A stretch of 64,000 nt of DNA from Phycisphaerae bacterium (GTDB lineage: Bacteria; Planctomycetota; Phycisphaerae; Sedimentisphaerales; UBA12454). A model generated the notes under the pieces. It was not told where the DNA came from, ran no database searches, and worked only from the letters and a program-made list of their open reading frames with translations. The position numbers were made by a program, and so were the translations under genes. Where the stretch lies: the NCBI GenBank assembly GCA_041661665.1, contig JBAZTW010000004.1, positions 5,121-69,120 of the forward strand, read 5' to 3'. Below are positions 38,164 through 47,032 of the stretch, one piece after another. Each line of letters opens with the position of its first letter. Within the stretch, counting starts at the first letter, position 1.

Positions 38164-39237
38164 ATGGATACCGCAAAAAATTTCAATCCTGATACTATTT
38201 TGCTCTGGGATAAAGTATCCGGCAGCTTCGAAGCCCAGAGAATAATCAGTCTGTTCAAAAATGCTGAGGTAAAAATAATCACCGAGCAAAAGCTGAAATA
38301 TGCCGAACCAATATCCGCAGAACTGGCATTGCGAAAAAGCAAAAAAACTTTGATGATTGGCGAAACATCCTCATTCATAAATCAATTCGATGGCAATATC
38401 GGCGAAAACATGAGGTGTTTTCCTTATTATAAATTAGTCCCGCTTTCAAACGGCTGCCCATACAACTGCGTCTATTGCTATCTCGCCTATGTTTATAGAA
38501 AGTACGGCGCTTTTATAAAAATGAATATAAATTACGATAAAATGCTTCGGCAAATCGATAGACTCGCCAAAAATAACCCGCACAAAATTTGCTTCAATCT
38601 TGGCGAAATGCTCGACAGCCTTGCGCTCGACCACATCACAAACCTGACAACAATGCTTGTCCCGCTTTTTAGAAAATACGAAAACAAATATCTGATGATG
38701 CTGACAAAAAGCAGCAATATCGACAATCTTATGAAAATGAAGCCTAATCGCCAAATTATCGTTTCGTGGAGTCTTAATCCGCAGATAGTCATTGACAATT
38801 TTGAATTTGGAACTGCCTCACTTGACGAAAGATTAGCCGCCGCGAAAAAATGTCAGGAACTTGGCTACAGAATAAGATTCAGAATCGACCCAGGCATTCT
38901 CTGCGACGACTGGAAAACCGCCTATGCCATGTTAATACAGAAAATATTTGACCGCACAGAACCGGAAAACATCACAATTGGATTGCTGAGGCTTTTCAAG
39001 GGGCACATAAATCTATCCAAAAAAGCTTATGACTTAAAAACATTTGAGCATCTGCCGGAAACCGCCAAAGACAATAAACTGCGATATCCTACCGAACGCT
39101 GCGTTGAATTTTATGAACATTTAATTAATGTTATACTTGGTTATAGCAATAAAACCAGCATAGGAATATGCAGAGAAAGTCAGGACATTCTTAACCAGTT
39201 GAATTTCAAAACCAGCACCTGCAACTGCATTGCATAA
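38164..39237 (+). CDS. Radical SAM protein, spore photoproduct lyase (SplB)-like
   Basis: CxxxCxxC (CPYNCVYC), 'GEMLDSL', 'TKS', 'WSLNP', 'ASLDERL.AA'. Confidence 0.8.
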   Translation: MDTAKNFNPDTILLWDKVSGSFEAQRIISLFKNAEVKIITEQKLKYAEPISAELALRKSKKTLMIGETSSFINQFDGNIGENMRCFPYYKLVPLSNGCPYNCVYCYLAYVYRKYGAFIKMNINYDKMLRQIDRLAKNNPHKICFNLGEMLDSLALDHITNLTTMLVPLFRKYENKYLMMLTKSSNIDNLMKMKPNRQIIVSWSLNPQIVIDNFEFGTASLDERLAAAKKCQELGYRIRFRIDPGILCDDWKTAYAMLIQKIFDRTEPENITIGLLRLFKGHINLSKKAYDLKTFEHLPETAKDNKLRYPTERCVEFYEHLINVILGYSNKTSIGICRESQDILNQLNFKTSTCNCIA

Positions 39238-39246
39238 AATACAGAT

Positions 39247-40086
39247 TCATTCATTGCCTTGAATCAATGAGCCATAATATTCATAAGTATATGTATCATT
39301 GTTGTTTTGCTTTGAATACACTCTGTGTGTAACATTTCTACTCTCTGGCTCATTATCTATTTGCCTGACTAAATCTTCATTATACTTATCCTGAACAATC
39401 AATATTCGCCCATTTGGGGCACAAAGTTTTTTTATGTTTAGTATTTCAGAGTGAATATTGATATCTTGTTCGGTTAAAGGTACTACTACATATGAAAAAT
39501 TTGCAATATTGACTGTACCCAGATTTTTAAAAATTCTTTCAATTTGGGGCATTGTTTTAGGAAATGGTCTTTCCAGAAAAAAAGCGTTGCCCATAAAAAT
39601 ATTATGAGTTCTTCCGCTCAATTTAAAATAATCAAATAATATCTCTTTACCAAGCCCCAAACATATATCAGAAGTATCATTTAACAAAAAATTTAATTTC
39701 ACTTTATAAGCAATACTTCTCTGCTTTGATAAAGCATCCATAATACAAGAGAACATATCCGCTATCGCCAGTGAAGCTACCGCCGGCCCAGAACCAATAT
39801 CCATAACATTTATACAATTGTCAGAAACTGATCCCAGAAAAAATTCAGATGTCATATAATCCAACAAACTGTCTTGTATTTGAAAATAATGCCTTGCAAA
39901 AAACTTATCGAGATAAGCTCCCATACCATCTTTTGTTGTAGGATATCGTTCTTCAGTTTCTGCAACATCTCTGCAAGGAAATCTGGCTATGATATTCTTG
40001 TAAATCGATAGCATAAAATCACTAAAATGCCAAATTCCATCAGAACATAATTTTTCCTTTACATTATCTTTCAAAATATTATTCAT
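39247..40086 (-). CDS. Putative class I SAM-dependent methyltransferase
   Basis: 'MDIGSGPAVASLA' motif I and 'NFSYV' motif IV-like; AT-rich. Confidence 0.55.
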   Translation of the reverse strand: MNNILKDNVKEKLCSDGIWHFSDFMLSIYKNIIARFPCRDVAETEERYPTTKDGMGAYLDKFFARHYFQIQDSLLDYMTSEFFLGSVSDNCINVMDIGSGPAVASLAIADMFSCIMDALSKQRSIAYKVKLNFLLNDTSDICLGLGKEILFDYFKLSGRTHNIFMGNAFFLERPFPKTMPQIERIFKNLGTVNIANFSYVVVPLTEQDINIHSEILNIKKLCAPNGRILIVQDKYNEDLVRQIDNEPESRNVTHRVYSKQNNNDTYTYEYYGSLIQGNE

Positions 40087-40104
40087 AGTAAAATCTCCTT
40101 TGTT

Positions 40105-40374
40105 CTACATTCCACTGCCATTTCCTATATCCGCATCGGGCAGGCGTTTTTCGATTGCTCGCAGGCGGTATTCATAACCAACACTGGCTGTGTTCAGATG
40201 CTCAACCTGCTGCTGAAATTGTTTTTGCGATTCTAAAAGTCTGTTTATATCGCTTCGCAAAAGCAGAAGCTGATTTTGCAGATTCACCCATGTGCCTACA
40301 ATCAGCGAGGCGAGAAACACAAGCTGAATAAGCACAGAAATATCAATCTGTTTTATAAATCGCCAGTTTTTCAT
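40105..40374 (-). CDS. Small TM + coiled-coil protein at the end of the head module (holin/XhlA-like topology)
   Basis: One N-terminal TM helix then a heptad coil; RBS aaggtg. Confidence 0.6.
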   Translation of the reverse strand: MKNWRFIKQIDISVLIQLVFLASLIVGTWVNLQNQLLLLRSDINRLLESQKQFQQQVEHLNTASVGYEYRLRAIEKRLPDADIGNGSGM

Positions 40375-40422
40375 TTCATCACCTTAAAAAATAGCCACAG
40401 AGAACACAGAGAAATAAGTTTT

Positions 40423-40447
40423 GTAGGGTGGGCTCTTAGCCCACGCT
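40423..40447 (+). repeat. Family B REP-like palindrome, empty form
   Basis: gtagggtgggctcttagcccacgct. Confidence 0.8.
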
Positions 40448-40451
40448 GCAA

Positions 40452-41114
40452 TTATCCTCTTGTAAGTTTTACACTCGCTCCGCTGCTGACAGAATCGCTT
40501 TGGCCATCATCGCCCAAATCTACGGATACCTTGCATCGCTGCAATGCCTTTTCATAAAGGCCGGTATAGTATTGGCTCTTTTCCCAAAAACTTTTCGTTT
40601 CATCGTTATCGCTGCCGCAAAGAGTCGCGTAAATTATCGAAAGCGTTTTATAAACCGCCGCCTGCCTCAACACCGAAACATCGAGAACATCATCAACGCT
40701 GTATTTGCTGTCAGGATTGCCAGGCCTCAAATCAAAATACGCTGCAAGATGCAAAAACACCTCGCTGCTCTGCGGCTGATAACTGCAAACTCGATAAGTT
40801 ATCGCCGAGCCGTCAATAAGCGCGATTGGAGCAGAGGCATTATCAGCACGCAAAACGGAAATAACAAGCGAAGTGGCGCTTCCAACCGAAACAATCTCAT
40901 AAACTCCGTCAATCGCACCATCAGCGGATTTTAGATATATAACCATCCCCGCCGTTATTTGAGCCGCGTTAAAATCCGCACCTGCCGCTGTGAACGTCGT
41001 GCCTGCGATAACACCATCGCTGCCGCTTGCCAGAATCTGATTTGCGAAATACAAATCGTCGAACAAGCTTGGCTCATACCGCAAAATATCAACATCATTT
41101 GAAAAAGTATTCAT
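40452..41114 (-). CDS. Putative head-tail adaptor/connector protein with inserted beta domain
   Basis: Directly follows the capsid gene; N-terminal 'FS...DI' helix and 'LRQAAVY..L..IY....K..YY..LY..AL' helical bundle typical of adaptors. Confidence 0.6.
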   Translation of the reverse strand: MNTFSNDVDILRYEPSLFDDLYFANQILASGSDGVIAGTTFTAAGADFNAAQITAGMVIYLKSADGAIDGVYEIVSVGSATSLVISVLRADNASAPIALIDGSAITYRVCSYQPQSSEVFLHLAAYFDLRPGNPDSKYSVDDVLDVSVLRQAAVYKTLSIIYATLCGSDNDETKSFWEKSQYYTGLYEKALQRCKVSVDLGDDGQSDSVSSGASVKLTRG

Positions 41115-41133
41115 TTTTATATCCCTTTAAAAT

Positions 41134-41302
41134 GGCTGGGTGTGGAGCAGTCTAATCTTTAAGGTATCATTATTTTTTAGATGTCCATACCCAGCCGACT
41201 CCTCAGAAAACCGCGTGGGCTAAGAGCCCACCCTACGCAAACTGGATTCCCGCTTTCGCGGGAATGACAAGCTTGTAGGGTGGACAGCTTGCTGTCCACG
41301 CG
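41134..41302. repeat. Composite palindrome cluster in the capsid-adaptor gap
   Basis: 13-bp IR 41134-41196; family B copy on - (41211-41236); ctggattcccgctttcgcgggaatgac (41242-41268); family B copy on + (41275-41302). Confidence 0.8.
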
Positions 41303-41307
41303 TGCCG

Positions 41308-42462
41308 TTAATTCGTTGACAAGCCCCTGATAAGCCCGTGCGCTGATTCATTCTTGAACTCGAGCGTGTATTCGCCAATGAGCTGGCCGCACTCATAATC
41401 TCCGCTGCTTGCTAAAGGTTTGAAGTGGAAGCTCCTGCCGGCCAGAGGCAGCACGCCGATGCGCGATGAATCGAGAAGCAGAACAGCGTCCTGCGGAACG
41501 TATCTGCTGGCAACGATTTTGCAAACACCGAAATCGCTTTCATAAACGCTTACCATATCCTTGTAAGCGGTATCCGAGGCGCCGAAGCTTCTGCTTGCGG
41601 TGAGGAACGAATTGATTTTGCGTTTCTGAAATCCGCCAACAACAATCAAATCGACGCTGCCGCTGCTGTTTTCCCAAATCTGCCGCAGAACATAGTTAAT
41701 CATTTCCTCCGTCAAAGCGCTGCCCGTCGGAAAACCCGAATCGCCCGCAGAATAAAGGTGCGTCGCGATGTGCGGCAGAATACCTTTCATACTCCTGCGA
41801 ACAGATGCCGAACCCTGCGGATTTGCGGAAGGCCTGCCGCCATTGATTACCGTGTTCTCAAGGTCGCGAATCATCTCCCGCAGTCTTTCCGATTTCTGAT
41901 AATCCATCTCACCGGAAATTCCCAGATGATTTGCCGCGATGTTTGTGCCGCTGACCTCGACCGAAGCGGTGAAAATCTGCGTGTAATTTCCGCAGCGAAC
42001 ACGATTGGTAAATCTCGCGGCGGGCTTGTCGTCGCCTTCGAGAGCGGCATTGCCGAGAATGTTAATCACCTGGCCGGTCGCGATATCTTCAGCAGTTGTG
42101 CCTGCGTATCCGCGAACAACCGTAATCGTATTTCCGCTCACGCTGGAAACGAGCATCAGTTCCGTTGCTCCTGCAACCTGAATCTGGTCGCCTGCTCTGA
42201 ATCTGCCGCCGTTTGCGACATCGAAGCTTGTCTCGCCGTCCGGGTCGCTGATTGAACTATCGCTAATCGCGTCCTTGTTCGGCACAAGCGAATCCTCGAG
42301 CCATTCGTGATATGTACTCTGTGCCTGCCGAAGCGGGTCGCCGATTGCGTCGAGCAGCGGAGTCTCGTAAGGCGACACGATGCCGATAAGGTCTGATACG
42401 TCTTCCGCAAGTTCAGGCAGATTAGTGCCCGCTGAATATGTTGCTTTTCCTGTAAATGCCAT
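41308..42462 (-). CDS. Major capsid protein, DUF5309/SU10-like HK97 fold
   Basis: 'EDVSDLIGIVSPYETPLL', 'HEWLED', 'N.TQIFT..V.VSGT', 'YQ....L.E..RDLE...I.G', 'R.M.GI', 'Y.SDFG', 'G...GEYTLE.KNE.AHG'. Confidence 0.85.
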   Translation of the reverse strand: MAFTGKATYSAGTNLPELAEDVSDLIGIVSPYETPLLDAIGDPLRQAQSTYHEWLEDSLVPNKDAISDSSISDPDGETSFDVANGGRFRAGDQIQVAGATELMLVSSVSGNTITVVRGYAGTTAEDIATGQVINILGNAALEGDDKPAARFTNRVRCGNYTQIFTASVEVSGTNIAANHLGISGEMDYQKSERLREMIRDLENTVINGGRPSANPQGSASVRRSMKGILPHIATHLYSAGDSGFPTGSALTEEMINYVLRQIWENSSGSVDLIVVGGFQKRKINSFLTASRSFGASDTAYKDMVSVYESDFGVCKIVASRYVPQDAVLLLDSSRIGVLPLAGRSFHFKPLASSGDYECGQLIGEYTLEFKNESAHGLIRGLSTN

Positions 42463-42524
42463 TTTTATTTCCTTTCAATTATTTTGTTATTTGTGCCTTT
42501 GTGGCTTTGTGCCTCTGTGCCTTT

Positions 42525-43040
42525 TTACATAAAACTTCTTCTCGTCCGCAGGTACTCCTGCAAATCCGTTCTTGAGCCGGTCTTTGCCGCTTTCTTAGCC
42601 GACCGCTCAATCGCTCCTGCCGTTGGTGACAGCCGTTCCTTAACTCCGCTTGTTTTACTTGTCGCAGCAGAAGGCAAGTTGTCCGCAAACAAATAGCTTT
42701 TCTCTTTCTTCAATTGCGTAACAATATCCGCCGCTGTTGCCTGCGTATCAGCCACAAGCTTTGCCTTGCCGATAATCACTGCCGCGTCAAGGTCTCGCAC
42801 ACCCGATGCCGCCAGCTTCTCAATCAACTGCCTTTCAATGGTCATATCTGAAAGACTTTTATTAAGCCTCTCAACCTCGGCTTTGCTCTGATTGAGTTCC
42901 TGCTCAAGCGTTGTCTGTTTCTGCTCCGCGCTCTGCGCCCTTTTGCGATAGCGAATCGCTTCACTGACATCAACTAACCTTTCGCTTCGCTGCTCTTGTT
43001 CGTCTGAACCATCAATTTTTTCTGCGTCTGTCTGACTCAT
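42525..43040 (-). CDS. Phage capsid scaffolding protein
   Basis: Lies between portal and MCP; charged coiled coil; 'QLKKEKSYLF' motif typical of scaffolds. Confidence 0.7.
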   Translation of the reverse strand: MSQTDAEKIDGSDEQEQRSERLVDVSEAIRYRKRAQSAEQKQTTLEQELNQSKAEVERLNKSLSDMTIERQLIEKLAASGVRDLDAAVIIGKAKLVADTQATAADIVTQLKKEKSYLFADNLPSAATSKTSGVKERLSPTAGAIERSAKKAAKTGSRTDLQEYLRTRRSFM

Positions 43041-43064
43041 CTTTGAACCCTTTCAATTTTTTTG

Positions 43065-43090
43065 GTAGGGTGGGCTCTTAGCCCACGCGG
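43065..43090 (+). repeat. Family B REP-like palindrome, empty form
   Basis: gtagggtgggctcttagcccacgcgg. Confidence 0.8.
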
Positions 43091-43095
43091 TTTTT

Positions 43096-44616
43096 TTAAT
43101 ATCCAAGCTCTCTCAACACCGTTTCTTCCGGCACACCAAGTTCCTTTTTGAGTTTCGCTTCATTAAGTTTTTCAAGCGTATTCTCAGGCAGCGGACTTGG
43201 AAAAATCACATCAAAATTCCTCTCATCCTTACTGTTCGGATAAATCCCCGTCGCATCAAACATCTGCATTACCATCGCCGCGATTTCCTTAATCCCCTGA
43301 CCATACACAAATCGCTTTCTGTCGGTCTTGGCCAGCATTCCCATCAGCGTCATTCGCAGCGCGACAGCGCTCGTCAAATTTCCAACCTTGTTTTTCAGAA
43401 TGCCCGCAGCGACAGGCGTTACGCCGCTGGCCTTATCCATCGCCTCTCGAATCTGGTCGATGTGCGTATCCTCGCTGGGCATAACCGCGTCGCCGCCGAA
43501 CTGCTCAATCGCGGCATCAGGATTATCCGTACACCAAATCCGACCCGGCGAAACCACACGACCATCAACGCCCTCAATCCCCTTGGCAAGATACATCTTG
43601 AACGCCTGAAAAGTTATCCTGCTGGCGCGGTCGCTCAACCGCGTATTCAATTCATCCTGCAAAGCAACCAGCGGCTCAACATCGCTCACTCCCTCGTAAT
43701 ACAGTGGCTGAGCGATATTCTGAATATGCACGACAGGCACAACGCCCATCACGTTCCGCCCTTCTGCCGTAAGCTCCTTCTCCTCATACCTCTGCCAGAA
43801 ATCCGCCGCGATGATTTCCGTAACCGCCGCTGACTGCCTTGCCGAATTCCTTCCTCTGCCGCCTAAAAGTCTGCGAATGAAATTCCCCTCGCTTGCCACC
43901 TCGTTTTTCTGCTCGATGAAATGCTGAACGTAAAAATTGATTTTCCTGTAATCCTTTTCATCAAGAACAGGCAGCGCTCTTGGCGCTTCAATCAATTCCA
44001 GACCGCAATCCGAAACAAGTTCCATTACACGTTGTAGGGGCAGACCTGTGTGTCTGCCCAATGAAGAAGAATTTGAAACTTCAAATATCTTCTGCCCCGG
44101 CCTGACAACGCAATCCACGAACCCATAAACCGCGCCGAGCGTTGCCATATCCTGAAAGAATCGCACTCCGCCGTTTGCGTAGAATACTTCTTTGATGATT
44201 CTGTCGATTTCGCCGCGGCGGTTTTTATCTTCCGCCTTGCTCACGACATCAACGCTTTTGCCGAACAGGAAATCCACCATCGCGTTGATTCGCCAGCCGA
44301 TATCGTTTTCGATAACGACTTCCTTGCGTTCGATATCCGCCACTGCCCTGCCGCCGAAAAGGCCGCCCGTTTCGCTCCGCTTGATTCCCGTAATTCTCGC
44401 CGGCAAGCCCATTTCCTGTGCCTGCACATACAACCGCGCCGATTCGTTGAGTTTTGAATCCGCCGCAAGAAGCCCCGCCGTTGAATACATCGGATTTTGG
44501 TAGTAGTCCCACAGCCTGCCGAAATGCGACTGCATATCGACCCACTGCTCATCGACGAGCCAATCGACAAAGTCGGGATTTAATTCGCTCTTAAATTCTC
44601 TAAATTCAAACGCCAT
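43096..44616 (-). CDS. Phage portal protein (SPP1 gp6-like)
   Basis: 'N.IGWRINAMVDFLFGK', 'VPVVHIQN..', 'G.SD.EPL..LQDELN..LSD', 'F.SPLPEN'; 506 aa; RBS ggag. Confidence 0.85.
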   Translation of the reverse strand: MAFEFREFKSELNPDFVDWLVDEQWVDMQSHFGRLWDYYQNPMYSTAGLLAADSKLNESARLYVQAQEMGLPARITGIKRSETGGLFGGRAVADIERKEVVIENDIGWRINAMVDFLFGKSVDVVSKAEDKNRRGEIDRIIKEVFYANGGVRFFQDMATLGAVYGFVDCVVRPGQKIFEVSNSSSLGRHTGLPLQRVMELVSDCGLELIEAPRALPVLDEKDYRKINFYVQHFIEQKNEVASEGNFIRRLLGGRGRNSARQSAAVTEIIAADFWQRYEEKELTAEGRNVMGVVPVVHIQNIAQPLYYEGVSDVEPLVALQDELNTRLSDRASRITFQAFKMYLAKGIEGVDGRVVSPGRIWCTDNPDAAIEQFGGDAVMPSEDTHIDQIREAMDKASGVTPVAAGILKNKVGNLTSAVALRMTLMGMLAKTDRKRFVYGQGIKEIAAMVMQMFDATGIYPNSKDERNFDVIFPSPLPENTLEKLNEAKLKKELGVPEETVLRELGY

Positions 44617-44640
44617 AACATTTCTCCATTAATAAAAATT

Positions 44641-44727
44641 TCATCGCCGACCTGTCGCGTCGAAGCCTTTGGCGAAGACGGAAGGCGATTCCACAAATCT
44701 TCAATTTTCATTTTTCAATCTTCAATG
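44641..44727 (+). repeat. Family A repeat, filled copy with a 32-nt nested insert
   Basis: tcatcgccga[cctgtcgcgtcgaagcctttggcgaagacgga]aggcgattccacaaatcttcaattttca. Confidence 0.8.
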
Positions 44728-44970
44728 TTTCTCTACCCTTACTGGGGACTTGCGCGTTTTTATCGAAATTTGACCGAAAATTCTTTTATGCGTTTTTGTA
44801 AGTGCTTATTTGATATGGAGAAAAATTTTTTAATTTTTTTTATCCGCGCAAGTTTTTACTTGCGCAAATGGCTGATATTTTGTCATTTCGACCAAAATGA
44901 GTCCCGATTTTCGGGACGAATGAAGCGGAGAAATCTATTTTAAATCCCCCGTTTAATCTCACTATTTCCC

Positions 44971-44998
44971 TTGACAATCCCTACTTTTCGGATATACT
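44971..44998 (+). promoter_or_regulatory. Sigma70-type promoter for the PEP-CTERM genes
   Basis: TTGACA-N16-TATACT. Confidence 0.6.
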
Positions 44999-45171
44999 GT
45001 TTGTTTTGGGAAAAGAAAAAGAAGATTTTGAAGATTTTTGGAGGAAGGGAAAATGAAACACTTCGTTAATTCATCGTAAGAAGGTCACTGCGCACTTATT
45101 TTCGGTCATTCCCATGCAGATGGGAATCCACAATTAAATTTCACTAAACAATTTTCAAAGGACGGAGAAAT

Positions 45172-45978
45172 ATGTTAAAATTCAGTCTTGTGCGAAGTAG
45201 TCAGATTTTCTTGTTTTTGGTTATTTGGTTTCAAGTTAATGTATCCATAAATGCTCAAGTTGTGTATTCAAATAATTTCAACAATGGCACGGCATCGTTG
45301 TCAGATTTTACCATAAGGACGGTAGCGGGAAACATAGGAACCTACTCAGTTACTGCAGATTCTGGCCAACTCAAAATTGCCACTGGCAATACTACTCCTT
45401 GTTATGGTTTCGCAGTCATTAATACTGCAAACTTTGCTGCCCCCTACCAAACTACTCTAAAAAACAATTCCGGTCTGGTAAGCTGGTCATTTAATGTTTC
45501 AAATTTGGATGGCCAATGGAACAATTCTTTTTATTTTACACTGGCGAGCAATTCATCAGACCCATTGGTCTACACCTCAACCTCTTATGTATTTGCTGGT
45601 GGCGGGTATGTTGGCAACAGAATGATGATTTTCCGACAAGGATACAACCCAAGTGATCATACACATATTATTGATATCACAAATGGATTGCCTATAGGAT
45701 ACAATGGAAGCATTCGGATTACCTATGATCCCAAGACGGATATTTGGTCTCTTTATGGCGTATGGGGCAGTTCTTATGTTGCCCCGGAATTAGTAGCGAA
45801 TCTATTAGGGACTTGCCATGATAGTACGTACACAGGATTAAATTTACCATATATGGGGATGGGCGGTTCTACCTCAGGAATTGATTATTTTGATAATCTG
45901 ACAGTAAGTGTAGTTCCCGAGCCCGCAACAATTCTTTTACTCACCCTCGGCGGATTGGTTTTGCGAAGAAAAAAATAA
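45172..45978 (+). CDS. PEP-CTERM sorting domain protein
   Basis: Signal peptide; C-terminal VVPEPATILLLTLGGLVLRRKK. Confidence 0.88.
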   Translation: MLKFSLVRSSQIFLFLVIWFQVNVSINAQVVYSNNFNNGTASLSDFTIRTVAGNIGTYSVTADSGQLKIATGNTTPCYGFAVINTANFAAPYQTTLKNNSGLVSWSFNVSNLDGQWNNSFYFTLASNSSDPLVYTSTSYVFAGGGYVGNRMMIFRQGYNPSDHTHIIDITNGLPIGYNGSIRITYDPKTDIWSLYGVWGSSYVAPELVANLLGTCHDSTYTGLNLPYMGMGGSTSGIDYFDNLTVSVVPEPATILLLTLGGLVLRRKK

Positions 45979-46009
45979 AATATTAACAATTTTTGGAAGG
46001 AAGAAGAGA

Positions 46010-46618
46010 ATGAAGAAGAAATCGATAGTGGTCCTGTTAATTGGTTGCACAATGTCATTTCCGACATACGCTAATACCATAATAACTTTTAACACACCCG
46101 CAGTAGCATTCCAAGATGGTTATGGCCAAGGCAGGCCTTACGTTGAAGGCGACTATTGTATGTCAACAGTCAATACTCCTGGGAATTACGGTTCTATAAT
46201 AAGGTTCAATCCACTTACTCAGAATGCCCTAGTTCCAAATAATGGCACTGTACATATGGGAGTTACTTTGTTTGCAAATCCTTGGCTGCAAAAAACTGAT
46301 GGTGGTCCATTTAATCTAATCGGATTAGACCTCGCTGAATATAGCGAGTACACCAACTGGGTAAATAGCGTATCCATGGTGGGTTATCGTCAGGACGGAT
46401 CAACTCTCACTGCAACTCTTGCCATAGATAGAATTTTTGACGGATATGGTGGAGTTAACGATTTTCAGCATTATAATCTAAACTGGAAGAATCTAATACG
46501 AGTAGAATTTCACAGTACATGTTTTAGTATGGATAATATTGAAGTTCTAGCGGTTCCCGAACCGGCGACGATTCTTTTACTCACCCTCGGCGGGTTGATT
46601 TTAAGAAAAAAACGCTAA
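46010..46618 (+). CDS. PEP-CTERM sorting domain protein
   Basis: Signal peptide; C-terminal AVPEPATILLLTLGGLILRKKR. Confidence 0.88.
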   Translation: MKKKSIVVLLIGCTMSFPTYANTIITFNTPAVAFQDGYGQGRPYVEGDYCMSTVNTPGNYGSIIRFNPLTQNALVPNNGTVHMGVTLFANPWLQKTDGGPFNLIGLDLAEYSEYTNWVNSVSMVGYRQDGSTLTATLAIDRIFDGYGGVNDFQHYNLNWKNLIRVEFHSTCFSMDNIEVLAVPEPATILLLTLGGLILRKKR

Positions 46619-46636
46619 ACAAACAATCAAACCAAC

Positions 46637-46666
46637 AAAAAGGCCGGGCTAAAACCGGCCTTTTTT
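46637..46666 (+). terminator. Rho-independent terminator
   Basis: aaaaggccgg-gctaaaa-ccggcc-tttttt. Confidence 0.8.
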
Positions 46667-46729
46667 ATTTATTGCCTCAAAAGTAAAATCCCTTATAATC
46701 CCGGAAGATAAACTTATGGAAGGATAAAA

Positions 46730-47032
46730 ATGATGTATCCCGTTAGACTTTCTTGGTTTTATACCTATGTCTTAAAATGCGAAAAGACAGGTACTTTTTA
46801 CACGGGTTGCACAAATGACTTGAAACAGAGAATAGAACAGCATACAAAAGGTAAAGTCTGTTACACGAAACACAGATTGCCTATTAAGTTAATTTATTCT
46901 GAGGCCTGCTTAAACAAGGACGATGCGTATCGCAGAGAAAGATATTTAAAAACCGGAATAGGTAAAAGGTATATTAAAAACAGACTAAAGGGGTGGCTGA
47001 CTGATGGGATGAATCCCGTTAGACCTCTTTAA
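46730..47032 (+). CDS. Small GIY-YIG nuclease (UPF0213/YhbQ-like)
   Basis: 'YTYVLKC', 'FYTGCTNDL..RI.QH', 'YSE', 'A.RRE..LK.G.GK'. Confidence 0.85.
   Translation: MMYPVRLSWFYTYVLKCEKTGTFYTGCTNDLKQRIEQHTKGKVCYTKHRLPIKLIYSEACLNKDDAYRRERYLKTGIGKRYIKNRLKGWLTDGMNPVRPL

Noticed and set aside
41134-41302. CRISPR array (also considered at 53003-53162)
   Set aside because: Units differ from each other, lack regular spacing, and no cas genes are present
43328-44570. Antisense and alternative-frame ORFs over the portal (and similar ones across the window)
   Set aside because: They overlap well-supported genes, lack RBS and motifs, and are typical shadow ORFs
40105-44616. Complete inducible prophage
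   Set aside because: No integrase, terminase, tail, replication, repressor or att repeats in or beside the module
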